Below are positions 8,962 to 18,497 of a DNA stretch of 64,000 bases, one piece after another. Position numbers and translations under genes: made by a program. The DNA comes from an uncultured Pseudomonadales bacterium (GTDB taxonomy: Bacteria > Patescibacteriota > Microgenomatia > UBA1400 > PJMF01). Location: positions 4,239-68,238 of the forward strand of contig CAZBVY010000001.1 in assembly GCA_964495475.1 (NCBI GenBank), given 5' to 3'. The notes beneath the pieces were generated by a model. That model did no database searches, was not told the origin of the DNA, and saw only the letters and a program-made list of their open reading frames with translations. The first letter of the stretch is position 1. Every line of letters starts with the position of its first letter.

Positions 8962-9852
8962 ATGAAAATCATAAAAGGTTTAATCATCACAGCTTTACTT
9001 CTGACAGTGGCTGTCTTCGGTCTTAATGTCGTACGCTCAAAATACCAGTCATTTCGGACGCAACAGTTTGAAGGTCAAAAGATCCGGGAAATCAAAGAGA
9101 TTACAGAAAAGCTCAGTACCGACCCCAAATATCGGGATCACACCGCTCAAGCCACCAAGGAGTTAAGAGAAAAGCTATGTTCTTTGACCGCGCGGCCAGT
9201 TGAAGAGCGAGAAAAATCAATAGCCGCCATTCGTGACTTCCTGGAAATGCCGACTGTTGAAGTGGAATATGAATGTAGTAACGCTTTTTATAGTCTGGAA
9301 GAAGACCAATTTATCCCAGCAAAGGGTGAAACCTATACTGTCGGCTTAACTTACTTCATTGTCGATCCCGAGACTAATAATGTCTTACGGGTAGAAGAAA
9401 CTCCCGGGACTTGGGGATATAAAATCGATGGCAGTCGTTGGTTTAGTGAAGGCAAAGAATATGATTACTCCGCCAATTATTCTCAGGAGGAAGTCGAACA
9501 AATTGTCAGAAGCTTTATTGCCAAACAATCCTCATCTATTGGCAACATTGATCTGAGCAGATTGACGCTGGAGACTGGTAAGAAGGATGGTGATAACGGT
9601 AGGGTAAATTATTTCTTCATTTGGAGAGGTGAAGCGCAAAAAGTCCAACATAATCCACCGCTTGAAACTTGTAGTGAGGACTTAAATAAGGACGTTGAGG
9701 GTTTGTACTATAACGGCAACGGTGTTCCTTGTATTAAGGTTTATGAGTCGACTGAACAACCAAGCTTAAGTATTGCCTTTACTAATGGTGGTCAGCTGAT
9801 TAATTTCTCCAATGAGTTGAATGGACCGGTGAGTAGAGCCACTACCAGATAA
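8962..9852 (+). CDS. Secreted or membrane-anchored hypothetical protein
   Basis: AAGGAG RBS, N-terminal hydrophobic segment, 296 aa. Confidence 0.8.
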   Translation: MKIIKGLIITALLLTVAVFGLNVVRSKYQSFRTQQFEGQKIREIKEITEKLSTDPKYRDHTAQATKELREKLCSLTARPVEEREKSIAAIRDFLEMPTVEVEYECSNAFYSLEEDQFIPAKGETYTVGLTYFIVDPETNNVLRVEETPGTWGYKIDGSRWFSEGKEYDYSANYSQEEVEQIVRSFIAKQSSSIGNIDLSRLTLETGKKDGDNGRVNYFFIWRGEAQKVQHNPPLETCSEDLNKDVEGLYYNGNGVPCIKVYESTEQPSLSIAFTNGGQLINFSNELNGPVSRATTR

Positions 9853-10047
9853 TTTTATGAAAAAGCTACATCGCTTTATTGCTCTCAAGCTCTTGGTGTT
9901 TATCGAAATGCAGGTTAAGCTGTTAAAACGTTTGGTTTTCCGTTCTTCACAATGTCCCTAAGAAACGGTTTGACGGCCACATTAGGTATAACTTCTCCAA
10001 CCAGGCAGCAAACGCCCCACAAAAACGGCCACGGTGGCAAACCGTAT

Positions 10048-13000
10048 TCAGTTTTTGATAATGTCTATTAGTTTTTCCTTAACTGAATCGATATTAAGGG
10101 AAGTAATCTCACTAGCAGCAAGCGTAATTTGTGCCGCTTTCTTTATTCCTTCAACAGTCGAATCTTTACAAGCATCCAAAACATCTTTTGATTCTTGGTC
10201 ATGCCATGTCGCAAATAAATGCCCTGCCAAGTTTGTCCATCTTTTAATTAGGAGGTCCACAAGATAATCATCAAGTGTCCAGCAAAAAATAGAAAAATCC
10301 TTTAATGACGATGTTAGTAAAGCGCTAGCATACAATGAGTATTTCCTATCATCGTCTTGGGTTAATATGTGTATTGCCGCAACTGCTCTGAGTGCCACGT
10401 CTGCCGTTCCATCTTGAATAAGATGTCGAGCTTTTTCTGTGGTCATAGTAGGAGCTTCTTGGACAAAATCGACCCATTCTTTGTATTTATCTAAGCCAAG
10501 CTTCTTTCCTGATGCTTCCCATTTACTCCAGGGTACTTCCTCAAAAGTATGTGATGTTAAAAATGAAAGAAGGGTAAATGCCAATGTGTGAGCAATTGTA
10601 GCCCCATGCGTCTTCAGTGCTTCTTGAATGTCTTGGGAGCTTATTTTCCTCATTGCTATATGCCGATTTTCAATTCCGATACTTACTTGTGTTAGAGTAA
10701 AAAAGTAAATAATGTCTTCGACCAATTTATCTAAATTACCGCTCTTTAAAGAGCGAACAATTTCAACCTTTTTGGTTTCAGCTTGAAAAAGTATTGGCAA
10801 AGTGTCGAATATATTCATTAACTTGTTGAAAGCGTTATTTTTTACTTGAAGCTCAACCTCAACTTCCGCAAGGAAACTCAATAAAGTCTCTGGGGGTGTA
10901 ATGGGTAGTTCTCTAAGTTTCTCGCTGAAATCTGTCGGGCTATGTGAGCCAGCAACAGGTTCAACATAGTCTAAGCCTACACTTCGATATTCTGGGTTTA
11001 TATTTTTCTGGAAATAAATTAGTGTATTGGATGTCATTTTTAACAAGCCAAGCGACCTAAGATTGGTTTTTGGACTGGGTAGTTTGGGTAAGGTTTCTAT
11101 TACATGGACAAAAATATCAATGCATTTTTCGTATTTGCCGAGCTTCCATAAGGAAAAGCCGTAATCAGCTAAACATTGAGTTGCGTATAATTTTTCATTT
11201 TGTCTTTTGGCGAGTTCTGAGGCTTCAAGAAAATGAGTCGAAGCAGTTTTCCAGTCGTTTAAATTTGCAAATGCAACAGCAGCATCGCGATAGGCAAAAG
11301 CTGCCGTTAAGTAGTTCTTCTTTGCTAGCTTTGGCAGCACCTCTTTCCATCTTTTCAATGCAAGAGAAAAATCTTTATTAATGAAAGCCATTTTGGCGTG
11401 GTAATTAATTAATTCCGGCAGCTCTCCTAATTCTTTTTTTCCAGCAGAAATAGCTTGTTCTGCTCCTGCTTTGTCATTGGTGTACTCGTTCTTAATAATT
11501 GCAATTGCACGAACAGCTAGAGCCGAGACACTCAGAGCCTTCTTCTTAGCGAAAAAGACCTGTATTTTTTCTAGTGCAATAAGTGCTTCTTCCCAATCTG
11601 GCTTATCTTTATCTATCTGATCCAACCAAACATTATCAACAACCCTTTTTGAGAGCATTGAATCAGTATTGATAGCATCAATAAGTTTTTGGCTATCAGG
11701 GAATTTGTCGAGCGCTGACATTAACCCTTCAATATTTGATGAGTTGATTCGTTTAGTAATAGCTACTTCGGGAATTATTTCAGCCCACGAAGTTTTTGGG
11801 TCACCCCAAGGTTGCTTAAAGATAGAGTTGATTTCTGGATTCTTATCCAGAAAGTCATATGCCGCCAATATCCACTCAACACATTTCTCTATGGGGATAT
11901 TTAGTGATTCGTACCTGAATACACTTAGGAAAAACATGAATGGGAAGAATTTTGCCTCTTTCTGCTTTTGGAAAGGTCCTTTTGCAGTAAAGTTTTTGGC
12001 ATCGTTAAACCATGCATCTGCAACTGCTAATGCCGACTTCATGTCTTTAGTTTCTACAGCAATGGTAAATTGAATAAATCTAAACATTAAGTTGAGGATT
12101 TCGTCCTGACTAATAGCAGGCTTATTCGTCCCGATATGCACAACTGTTAGCCATTCAAGGTATGGATAAATTAAAGCCTTGTGTTTGTTGTCTATCGACT
12201 GGAAGGCAGCAAAAGCGAAGGATAAGATCCGACCAGAGCCACTAGCCAACCCATGAAGAAATATGTTTGATAAATCTCTCGGAACCAATGTTTTTGATAA
12301 ATATGACTCTCCAGCTAAAGCATGAAGATTTTTAATCTCTTGTTCAGAGAAATTCCCTTGGGAGGAGTTATCTAGTAAAGGGCTTAAACTAAAATATTCT
12401 TCTGTAATTTGCTCCACGTATGGTCCAACTAATTGGTTAAAAAATATTGCTGGGGTTTTAATTGATGTTGGATAGGCGGCTAGAGCAATTGCATTTTTTT
12501 GTTTAAAAGATCCCGAAAGAACACTCAGTCTTAGTAACAAGTCTCGTGCTTCTGGTGAAGGTAATTCTTGATCTAGATTACTTACCGTTTCTCGTTTGAC
12601 AGCGCTTAGCTCTTCAGTCTTAAAAATTATTTTTGACTTGTCCCATCCTTCTTCTTTTAATCTGCGAATGCGCGCGTGAACAAGTTGAGGATGGGACTTT
12701 GTAGTAAACTCTAGATCTTTAATCCATAGATTTAGTTCCGATTGAGGACAATCATTAAGTTGAAGTAGTTCCTTGATTTCTTCAGTGGTAAATACTGGAA
12801 TATGGAGTTCGTTATTAGTGTTTAATCCCAACCTTGAAGCCAAAGAAGAGGGTATCTTTTTTTGAGAGGTAACGATAATCTTTTTGCCATGGGATCTCAA
12901 ATAAAGAACAAACTGTTCAAAAGTATCGGCATAAATAGCGTAATCTTGGCCAAAATTAATATCATCCAAAATAATATTTTGGGGAGCGTGCGCGTCAGTA

Positions 13001-14085
13001 TTACAAAGCCCATTTATGATGGCCTTGATATATTCGCTTTTTATGCCTCGAAAACTAATCCGTTCCCAGTTATTTCGTTCGGCCTCAACTGCTTGTAAAG
13101 ACAGGATTGATTTTCCCATGCCACTAGAACCAGTTATTGCGAGGACGTCCAAAGTTTTTAGTCTTCCGAGAATTGTTTGTTTTAACGACTTTCTAGTAAC
13201 AAACAATTTTCTGTCTGGAATATGAGGAGCGGAAATCTTAGTATCAATCGTGTTTCCACCTGGGTTTGGAGGGATTAAATTACCTTGACTGAGAACAATA
13301 GCTGTTAATTGAGAAGCTGCATTTCTTAACAATTCCAACTCTCCTTTGGACACCGGTGTGGTGGTAAGAGCTTCAAACTCTCTAATGAAATCTGCTTTGC
13401 TCAAACTTCGTTCTTTAATTTCTTTTTTGCACACTGTTTTCAAAACAGTATCAAAAAGTAAAGGTGCTGTCTTTTTTGATTCATCTGCCTTTAGACTATG
13501 TTTATCTCCATGCACAATAAGTAAGTCTTCTATAGATTTTCGGAGAGCAGACAAGCTATCTCTTTCTGTTAACCAGCTAATTGGAAGTACTAAATTATCT
13601 AGTATTTCTTGATCGGTTGCAGTTTTTAGATATTCAACCAGATCAGTAGGGAAGCCATCAATCTGCTTCAAGAACTTTCTCAGTGGCTTTACTTGGTTGC
13701 TATTCTTGCAGTGCTCCCAATAGTCCAACCCCCTTTGACCACTAAATGGGTTGCCTTGTTCTTGCCCTCTTGCGGCAGTGGTGAAAAATCGAAATATTAC
13801 ATGCCTTTGGTCGTTTTTCTTTAATGTCCAATAGTCAATAATCGCTTTAATAACTTCTGCTGACCTTAATGTAATGTTTTTTGATAAATGTTTTACCTGA
13901 GTAGTTGTCGACGAGGAGGTGGACAGCAAATCAATGTCTTCTGCCCCTTCCAGGTATAAAATTTCGCCATCTTCTAGATTAATCCATGCATGCAAGCTTT
14001 CCCATGCTTGGTATACATACCCTTGAAAGATATCGGTGGCTTGTCTTTTGGCATCTGCCGCTAGGGGTTGCATTTCATCTGTCAT
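10048..14085 (-). CDS. Avs-like defence protein: Cap4-like PD-(D/E)xK nuclease + STAND NTPase + TPR-like region
   Basis: GYVYQ..EDID..QVK nuclease motifs, Walker A GSSGMGKS, Walker B IILDD, helical TPR-like C-terminus, 1345 aa. Confidence 0.75.
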   Translation of the reverse strand: MTDEMQPLAADAKRQATDIFQGYVYQAWESLHAWINLEDGEILYLEGAEDIDLLSTSSSTTTQVKHLSKNITLRSAEVIKAIIDYWTLKKNDQRHVIFRFFTTAARGQEQGNPFSGQRGLDYWEHCKNSNQVKPLRKFLKQIDGFPTDLVEYLKTATDQEILDNLVLPISWLTERDSLSALRKSIEDLLIVHGDKHSLKADESKKTAPLLFDTVLKTVCKKEIKERSLSKADFIREFEALTTTPVSKGELELLRNAASQLTAIVLSQGNLIPPNPGGNTIDTKISAPHIPDRKLFVTRKSLKQTILGRLKTLDVLAITGSSGMGKSILSLQAVEAERNNWERISFRGIKSEYIKAIINGLCNTDAHAPQNIILDDINFGQDYAIYADTFEQFVLYLRSHGKKIIVTSQKKIPSSLASRLGLNTNNELHIPVFTTEEIKELLQLNDCPQSELNLWIKDLEFTTKSHPQLVHARIRRLKEEGWDKSKIIFKTEELSAVKRETVSNLDQELPSPEARDLLLRLSVLSGSFKQKNAIALAAYPTSIKTPAIFFNQLVGPYVEQITEEYFSLSPLLDNSSQGNFSEQEIKNLHALAGESYLSKTLVPRDLSNIFLHGLASGSGRILSFAFAAFQSIDNKHKALIYPYLEWLTVVHIGTNKPAISQDEILNLMFRFIQFTIAVETKDMKSALAVADAWFNDAKNFTAKGPFQKQKEAKFFPFMFFLSVFRYESLNIPIEKCVEWILAAYDFLDKNPEINSIFKQPWGDPKTSWAEIIPEVAITKRINSSNIEGLMSALDKFPDSQKLIDAINTDSMLSKRVVDNVWLDQIDKDKPDWEEALIALEKIQVFFAKKKALSVSALAVRAIAIIKNEYTNDKAGAEQAISAGKKELGELPELINYHAKMAFINKDFSLALKRWKEVLPKLAKKNYLTAAFAYRDAAVAFANLNDWKTASTHFLEASELAKRQNEKLYATQCLADYGFSLWKLGKYEKCIDIFVHVIETLPKLPSPKTNLRSLGLLKMTSNTLIYFQKNINPEYRSVGLDYVEPVAGSHSPTDFSEKLRELPITPPETLLSFLAEVEVELQVKNNAFNKLMNIFDTLPILFQAETKKVEIVRSLKSGNLDKLVEDIIYFFTLTQVSIGIENRHIAMRKISSQDIQEALKTHGATIAHTLAFTLLSFLTSHTFEEVPWSKWEASGKKLGLDKYKEWVDFVQEAPTMTTEKARHLIQDGTADVALRAVAAIHILTQDDDRKYSLYASALLTSSLKDFSIFCWTLDDYLVDLLIKRWTNLAGHLFATWHDQESKDVLDACKDSTVEGIKKAAQITLAASEITSLNIDSVKEKLIDIIKN

Positions 14086-14095
14086 AAAATTCGTG

Positions 14096-14287
14096 TCAAG
14101 GTTTGGGGTTCAAGATCTTTTCTATCTCTTCTGGCTTATACCGTCTATCGCCGCGCTCATTTACTCGTATTGACTTGAGTTTCCCTGCCTTGTCCCACCG
14201 CCTCAAGGTTTCGACATGAACGTTCAAAACCTCAGCTGCTTGGCGGATAGTTAAAAGTTTTGGTAGAGTGGTGTTTTTCTTCGACAT
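14096..14287 (-). CDS. MerR/excisionase-like HTH protein
   Basis: LLTIRQAAEVLNVHVETLRRWD..G.RRY. Confidence 0.85.
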   Translation of the reverse strand: MSKKNTTLPKLLTIRQAAEVLNVHVETLRRWDKAGKLKSIRVNERGDRRYKPEEIEKILNPKP

Positions 14288-14340
14288 AACTCAACTTAAT
14301 TATACAATTTTTCGATGAAAAAGGTTATACTTAACCTGAC

Positions 14341-14643
14341 ATGAAATCAATTTTTACCATCATTGTATTTGTTGTTTTGGGTTACTTCCTCTACAGCAGG
14401 TTTATAAAATATCCATACAGATATGTGGGGTATTTTTACCCTAGTATTGATATTCTTAGTGAATGGGTAGAGTCCGAACCAATTGGATCAGTTGACGAGT
14501 GCCGTGAGTGGGCGGAAGAGATGGCTGATGAGTACGAGGTGGCTTATAGTGGCAACTACGACTATGAGTGCGGTAAAGACTGCTACAAAGGTGACCCATA
14601 TTATCAAGGGCTCAAATATACTTGCCACACCTCAGTGGATTAG
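14341..14643 (+). CDS. Small membrane-anchored Cys-containing hypothetical protein
   Basis: N-terminal TM segment, four Cys; TATACT upstream. Confidence 0.7.
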   Translation: MKSIFTIIVFVVLGYFLYSRFIKYPYRYVGYFYPSIDILSEWVESEPIGSVDECREWAEEMADEYEVAYSGNYDYECGKDCYKGDPYYQGLKYTCHTSVD

Positions 14644-14987
14644 TGCAATGAAAAAAGTTTATTTCTGACAGTCCCATAATGTGTTTTCTTAGCCTGTGAA
14701 GCAAAGATTTGCTTGTGGCTGTAGATCCGGAATATGGATATAGCCTGGAGTATTTTGTATAATTGTTCTAACATCGTTCACGATGTCCCGCATCCTAGGA
14801 TTCAAACTATAACGATGCAATTTGTGTTTTTCCTTTCTATTTCATCTCAAATAAATAGTTATTTTGACTAAATATATAGGTCCTATTCGCTTTGTTACTT
14901 GACTAAAGTATATATATATATAGGTGTATATTATCGGTTGCTGTTGATTCAGCAAATCTCAAAATTCTGTTTTATGGAGGTGTAATT

Positions 14988-15209
14988 GTGAGTTGGGATC
15001 GGAAAGAGAATCGTGAATCAGCGCAGGAAAAATTCCGCAATGCATGTCAAGCTGCGGGGCTCTCCGAAGCGGAGCGTCAAGAGTTCAGCAAATACATGCA
15101 TAACAACAATTTATTATCGGATTACATGTCCTACGACGAGATTAAACGTCTCGCCGGGGAATGGAAAGGCCGCAGCGGCTACAATCCATATCATCGTAAC
15201 AATCGATAA
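14988..15209 (+). CDS. Small hypothetical protein
   Basis: GGAGGT RBS before GTG; terminator downstream. Confidence 0.75.
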   Translation: MSWDRKENRESAQEKFRNACQAAGLSEAERQEFSKYMHNNNLLSDYMSYDEIKRLAGEWKGRSGYNPYHRNNR

Positions 15210-15221
15210 TAAATTCAAACT

Positions 15222-15247
15222 GAGGGCAGAGAAATCTGCCCTCTTTT
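15222..15247 (+). terminator. Intrinsic terminator
   Basis: GAGGGCAGA-GAAA-TCTGCCCTC-TTTT. Confidence 0.8.
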
Positions 15248-15265
15248 ACGTTTTTAAGAAATATA

Positions 15266-15736
15266 TTAATCAATTTCGTAAAAAAAGGCTATTTGGCAAT
15301 TATCTGTTTGTTTAGCTAAAGTTATTTCTTTTTTCTTATTATTAGAAATGGAAATAAGTCCAAACCTATTGGGTAAAACATTTATAACACTTTGATCATT
15401 AAACACAATTGACACTGTTTTAGCTGTGGTACTAAATTTAAATTCAGTAATTTCTTTAATTTTATTTTTTAATTTTTGCTCAACAAAGGTTTCGGTTCTT
15501 TTATATAGCTGCAAAGCCGTTTCATCATCATTTTTAAATTCAGTCATAAACAAATAATCATCACTATCATAATTCCAAACACCATCTATAGTAATTGTTA
15601 GTTTTTTACCACTCTTATCTTGTAAAATAAAATATAGTTCTGTACCAGCTGCTTTGAATATATCTATTATTGGTAAGCCAATAACTTGATTGAATGTTTT
15701 TTTATACTCTTCTACGGTAATTTCTTTTTGCATCAC
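15266..15736 (-). CDS. Hypothetical protein
   Basis: 156-aa ORF with TAGAAT just upstream of start. Confidence 0.7.
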   Translation of the reverse strand: MMQKEITVEEYKKTFNQVIGLPIIDIFKAAGTELYFILQDKSGKKLTITIDGVWNYDSDDYLFMTEFKNDDETALQLYKRTETFVEQKLKNKIKEITEFKFSTTAKTVSIVFNDQSVINVLPNRFGLISISNNKKKEITLAKQTDNCQIAFFYEID

Positions 15737-15834
15737 TTAATTCTATACTATTTAGTCAAGAAAGATAATTTCAAAAACAAGACGCTCTCTTTTTATACTG
15801 TCTCATTTGTCTCATTTTCAGTATAATCACCTCT

Positions 15835-15886
15835 AGCAGGTGATGGTATTATAAAGACGTAGGGTTCCAGACCCACCTGCTCCGCA
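15835..15886 (+). other. Degenerate tRNA-like remnant (acceptor and T-arm-like), possible att site
   Basis: AGCAGGTG...GT(A)GGG-TTCCAGA-CCCAC-CTGCTCC-G-CA after TATAAT at 15822. Confidence 0.4.
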
Positions 15887-15932
15887 AAACGCTTTATTTT
15901 ACACGTCTAGAATTTACTTGTATAATTAAACC

Positions 15933-16580
15933 ATGCTTGAAGACAATGAAAAAACAATAGAATCTAATTCTTTAAAAAAAGAAGCCCCTAAGGCTCTAGA
16001 AAAAGAAAACCTTAAAACAGGGAGCATCGTTATTGGCGATAAAAACCCAGAAGAATTGCTAAAAGCAATGGAAGACAAAGAAATTTATATTGATTATCGC
16101 GCAAAAGAGGTAATGGAAAATCCTGACTTTACATCTCACCTAAAGATTAAATTAAATATTTTTCAAACAATTTTCAAAAAAGTTTTTGAACCCAATGAAA
16201 ACCAACCAACTACTGAAACAGTACAGTTTGTAAAAATAAGAATCAGGGATTTAGGATTTTCAACTGAGCCAACTATCGAAGAAATTTTTGAGAAAGCTAG
16301 AGAGCTCGGCCTTGAACTTTGTCCAGCAGAAGTTGGTCCCCAATATAGATTGCAATATGATGATCAGCCGGCAAAAGAGTGGCTTTATGTAGGGATGAAA
16401 CCACTTGACACTTCTAACGGAGAGGGGATCTTTTTGCTCAAAAACAATAATATTGATGGTTCAAAATTGGATTTTTGTAGAACAACAAGAGATGGTACTC
16501 TAGGATTAGATGACAGAATAAATGAAGAAATAATGTTTCGTTTTTCATCAAAGAAAAAAGTCAGTCAACTAAAAATATAG
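15933..16580 (+). CDS. Hypothetical protein
   Basis: 215-aa ORF with ELGLELCPAEVGPQYRLQY segment; TATAAT 6 nt upstream of ATG. Confidence 0.8.
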   Translation: MLEDNEKTIESNSLKKEAPKALEKENLKTGSIVIGDKNPEELLKAMEDKEIYIDYRAKEVMENPDFTSHLKIKLNIFQTIFKKVFEPNENQPTTETVQFVKIRIRDLGFSTEPTIEEIFEKARELGLELCPAEVGPQYRLQYDDQPAKEWLYVGMKPLDTSNGEGIFLLKNNNIDGSKLDFCRTTRDGTLGLDDRINEEIMFRFSSKKKVSQLKI

Positions 16581-16658
16581 TGTTAATAGATAAAAAGCTC
16601 CAACTTCCTCCCATGCTCTCCGCCAGATGCAAGAAATCTGCTACTAAAAACAAAAGTC

Positions 16659-16931
16659 ATGACAACTAATTTCCAAAATAAAGTTTATCAAATTGTTAGT
16701 GCAATTCCGCCAGGACAAACTAGAACATATAAACAGATTGCCAATAGTTTGGGAATAAAAGCTTACCAAGCTATCGGTCAAGCTCTAAAGAAAAATCCTG
16801 ATCCAAAAAATATTCCTTGCCATCGAGTAATTAAAAGTAATGGTGAAGTTGGTGGTTATTTTGGAGAAAATAACTCGATTGCTAAAGAAAAAAAACTAAA
16901 ACTATTAAGAGCCGAAGGAGTTAAAATTTAA
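16659..16931 (+). CDS. MGMT family (methylated-DNA-protein-cysteine methyltransferase C-terminal domain)
   Basis: IPPGQTRTYKQIA, NP..IPCHRVI. Confidence 0.9.
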   Translation: MTTNFQNKVYQIVSAIPPGQTRTYKQIANSLGIKAYQAIGQALKKNPDPKNIPCHRVIKSNGEVGGYFGENNSIAKEKKLKLLRAEGVKI

Positions 16932-16964
16932 GCTAAATTATTAAAAATTACAAAGGAACAAAAA

Positions 16965-17231
16965 ATGAAAAAAGGAATAGAATGTCATGATTTTGGGGGA
17001 AACTTTTACTACGATCAATGTGGTAAAAAACAATATCATTATCAAAAAGAAGATTATCTTACTGGATTGGTTCATTTAAATTTATTGTGGTCTGCATTGG
17101 GACAAGTCAATAAAGAACTTCAACAAGCTAGAGAAAAAAATCAGGAAGAAGAAATACAATCTTTAACAATTAAACAACAACAGTTAGCAGAAAAAATAAA
17201 AAACCAATACGGTGCCCAGATTAAACAATAA
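16965..17231 (+). CDS. Hypothetical protein
   Basis: AAGGA RBS; coiled-coil C-terminus. Confidence 0.6.
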   Translation: MKKGIECHDFGGNFYYDQCGKKQYHYQKEDYLTGLVHLNLLWSALGQVNKELQQAREKNQEEEIQSLTIKQQQLAEKIKNQYGAQIKQ

Positions 17232-17261
17232 TAAAAAAATAAATTTTAAAAACTTGATTTT

Positions 17262-17831
17262 TTATTCCCTACAACAATCCACCGCCTTCTTCACCAGCTC
17301 CCCCAACTTCTCAAACACGCCTGCGCTAGCCTTTTCCGCTGGCTTCTTCTCCTCGCTAATAAAGGAAATCTTTGCTACCTTATTCTGTTTCACCCCTGCC
17401 AAATCTTTAGTTCCTACTAAATTTAAATTCAAACCCCAAAACAAAGAATACAATTGATAGGCTTTTTGAAACATTTCTTCACTATCTTTTTTATCACCTT
17501 TAGTTAAGGATTTAGTTCCGACTTCCATAAATCTCATAGAAGCAGCCAGGAGATGCTTACTAATGCACCAAACTTCTCCTTCATAGTCTTTGATAATACG
17601 CTTAAGAGCACTTTTACGCATTTCTCTAATTTCATTAAGCAAATCTAAATACTTGGCATCTTTAGTCTTGTTGTAAGTAAAGAAAAAATGTTCCTCCATG
17701 GAAATAAGATTCATGATGGCAATAGATAAATCTTCGTCAGAGGAAAGATCCAATTTATGACCTTTTTCCATGGCTTTAACTTTATTCATAAATTGATTAA
17801 TGTCTGACTGTGCCGATTGATTTTTTTTCAT
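17262..17831 (-). CDS. Hypothetical protein with CISKH and terminal DCCRE
   Basis: 189-aa ORF. Confidence 0.8.
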   Translation of the reverse strand: MKKNQSAQSDINQFMNKVKAMEKGHKLDLSSDEDLSIAIMNLISMEEHFFFTYNKTKDAKYLDLLNEIREMRKSALKRIIKDYEGEVWCISKHLLAASMRFMEVGTKSLTKGDKKDSEEMFQKAYQLYSLFWGLNLNLVGTKDLAGVKQNKVAKISFISEEKKPAEKASAGVFEKLGELVKKAVDCCRE

Positions 17832-17862
17832 AATTTATAGCTTTCTTTAAAAAATTTGTTAA

Positions 17863-18366
17863 CTAAAGAGTAATTAAAAATAAAATGAAACTCCCAATAG
17901 TTAATAAAAATACTGGAGCAATCACTTTCTGATAATAAATATAAACTTTGCCTTCATTAGTAGTGCGTAAATATTGATCAAGTTTAACACCAGCAAAAAA
18001 CAAAATGGAACCAATAATTGTGCCTAATATGATCTTATCAATTCCCCACAAAGTATTGTTTGCTAAACCAATCATTTTTGCCATATAAAGTGGAGGCAGG
18101 ACAAAAATAATCATCAATAACACCGCAAGTATTTTGGGATAAGGAATTTTCCAAGGTTTTTTACTTGCCCAATCAGCTAACCAAAAACCACTGGAAAGAA
18201 TCAGACCACCAACCCAAATTCCCATTACTGCATCATCTATGCCTATCCAACGCGAAATTCCCAATCCGCCGGCCACTGCCACTGTACAGATGGGGCAAAC
18301 GGCTTTTGCTGGAAAAACAAATATCAAAGAGAGTAAAAATAAAAAAAGAGTAAATAAAATTATCAT
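17863..18366 (-). CDS. Membrane protein with CPIC motif
   Basis: Signal-like N-terminus, CxxC, several TM segments. Confidence 0.8.
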   Translation of the reverse strand: MIILFTLFLFLLSLIFVFPAKAVCPICTVAVAGGLGISRWIGIDDAVMGIWVGGLILSSGFWLADWASKKPWKIPYPKILAVLLMIIFVLPPLYMAKMIGLANNTLWGIDKIILGTIIGSILFFAGVKLDQYLRTTNEGKVYIYYQKVIAPVFLLTIGSFILFLITL

Positions 18367-18497
18367 CTTTAAATTCCTTAACCAAAGTATACTACATATA
18401 GATGGAGTTAAATATATAAATTTTTCTTTATTCCGGCAAGAGGTATTTCTAGTCGCTACTGTTTCCTTGTATCTTACTTTGATAGAATCAGACTACT

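Larger units (their letters stand above)
1..15886. mobile_element. Integrated element / genomic island (satellite- or prophage-like); left end outside window, right end approximate
   Basis: Serine recombinase, terminase-small-like HTH, replication initiator, XRE regulator, excisionase-like HTH, defence and biosynthetic cargo; backbone looks more GC-rich than downstream core genes; tRNA-like remnant at 15835-15886. Confidence 0.7.

Noticed and set aside
10034-13612. Several + strand ORFs opposite the STAND gene, and similar shadow ORFs elsewhere (e.g. 62148-62741, 38849-39262)
   Set aside because: Antisense shadows of real genes with no recognisable motifs
14639-14800. Short minus-strand ORFs of about 34-44 codons
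   Set aside because: No clear RBS or motif, and two competing frames
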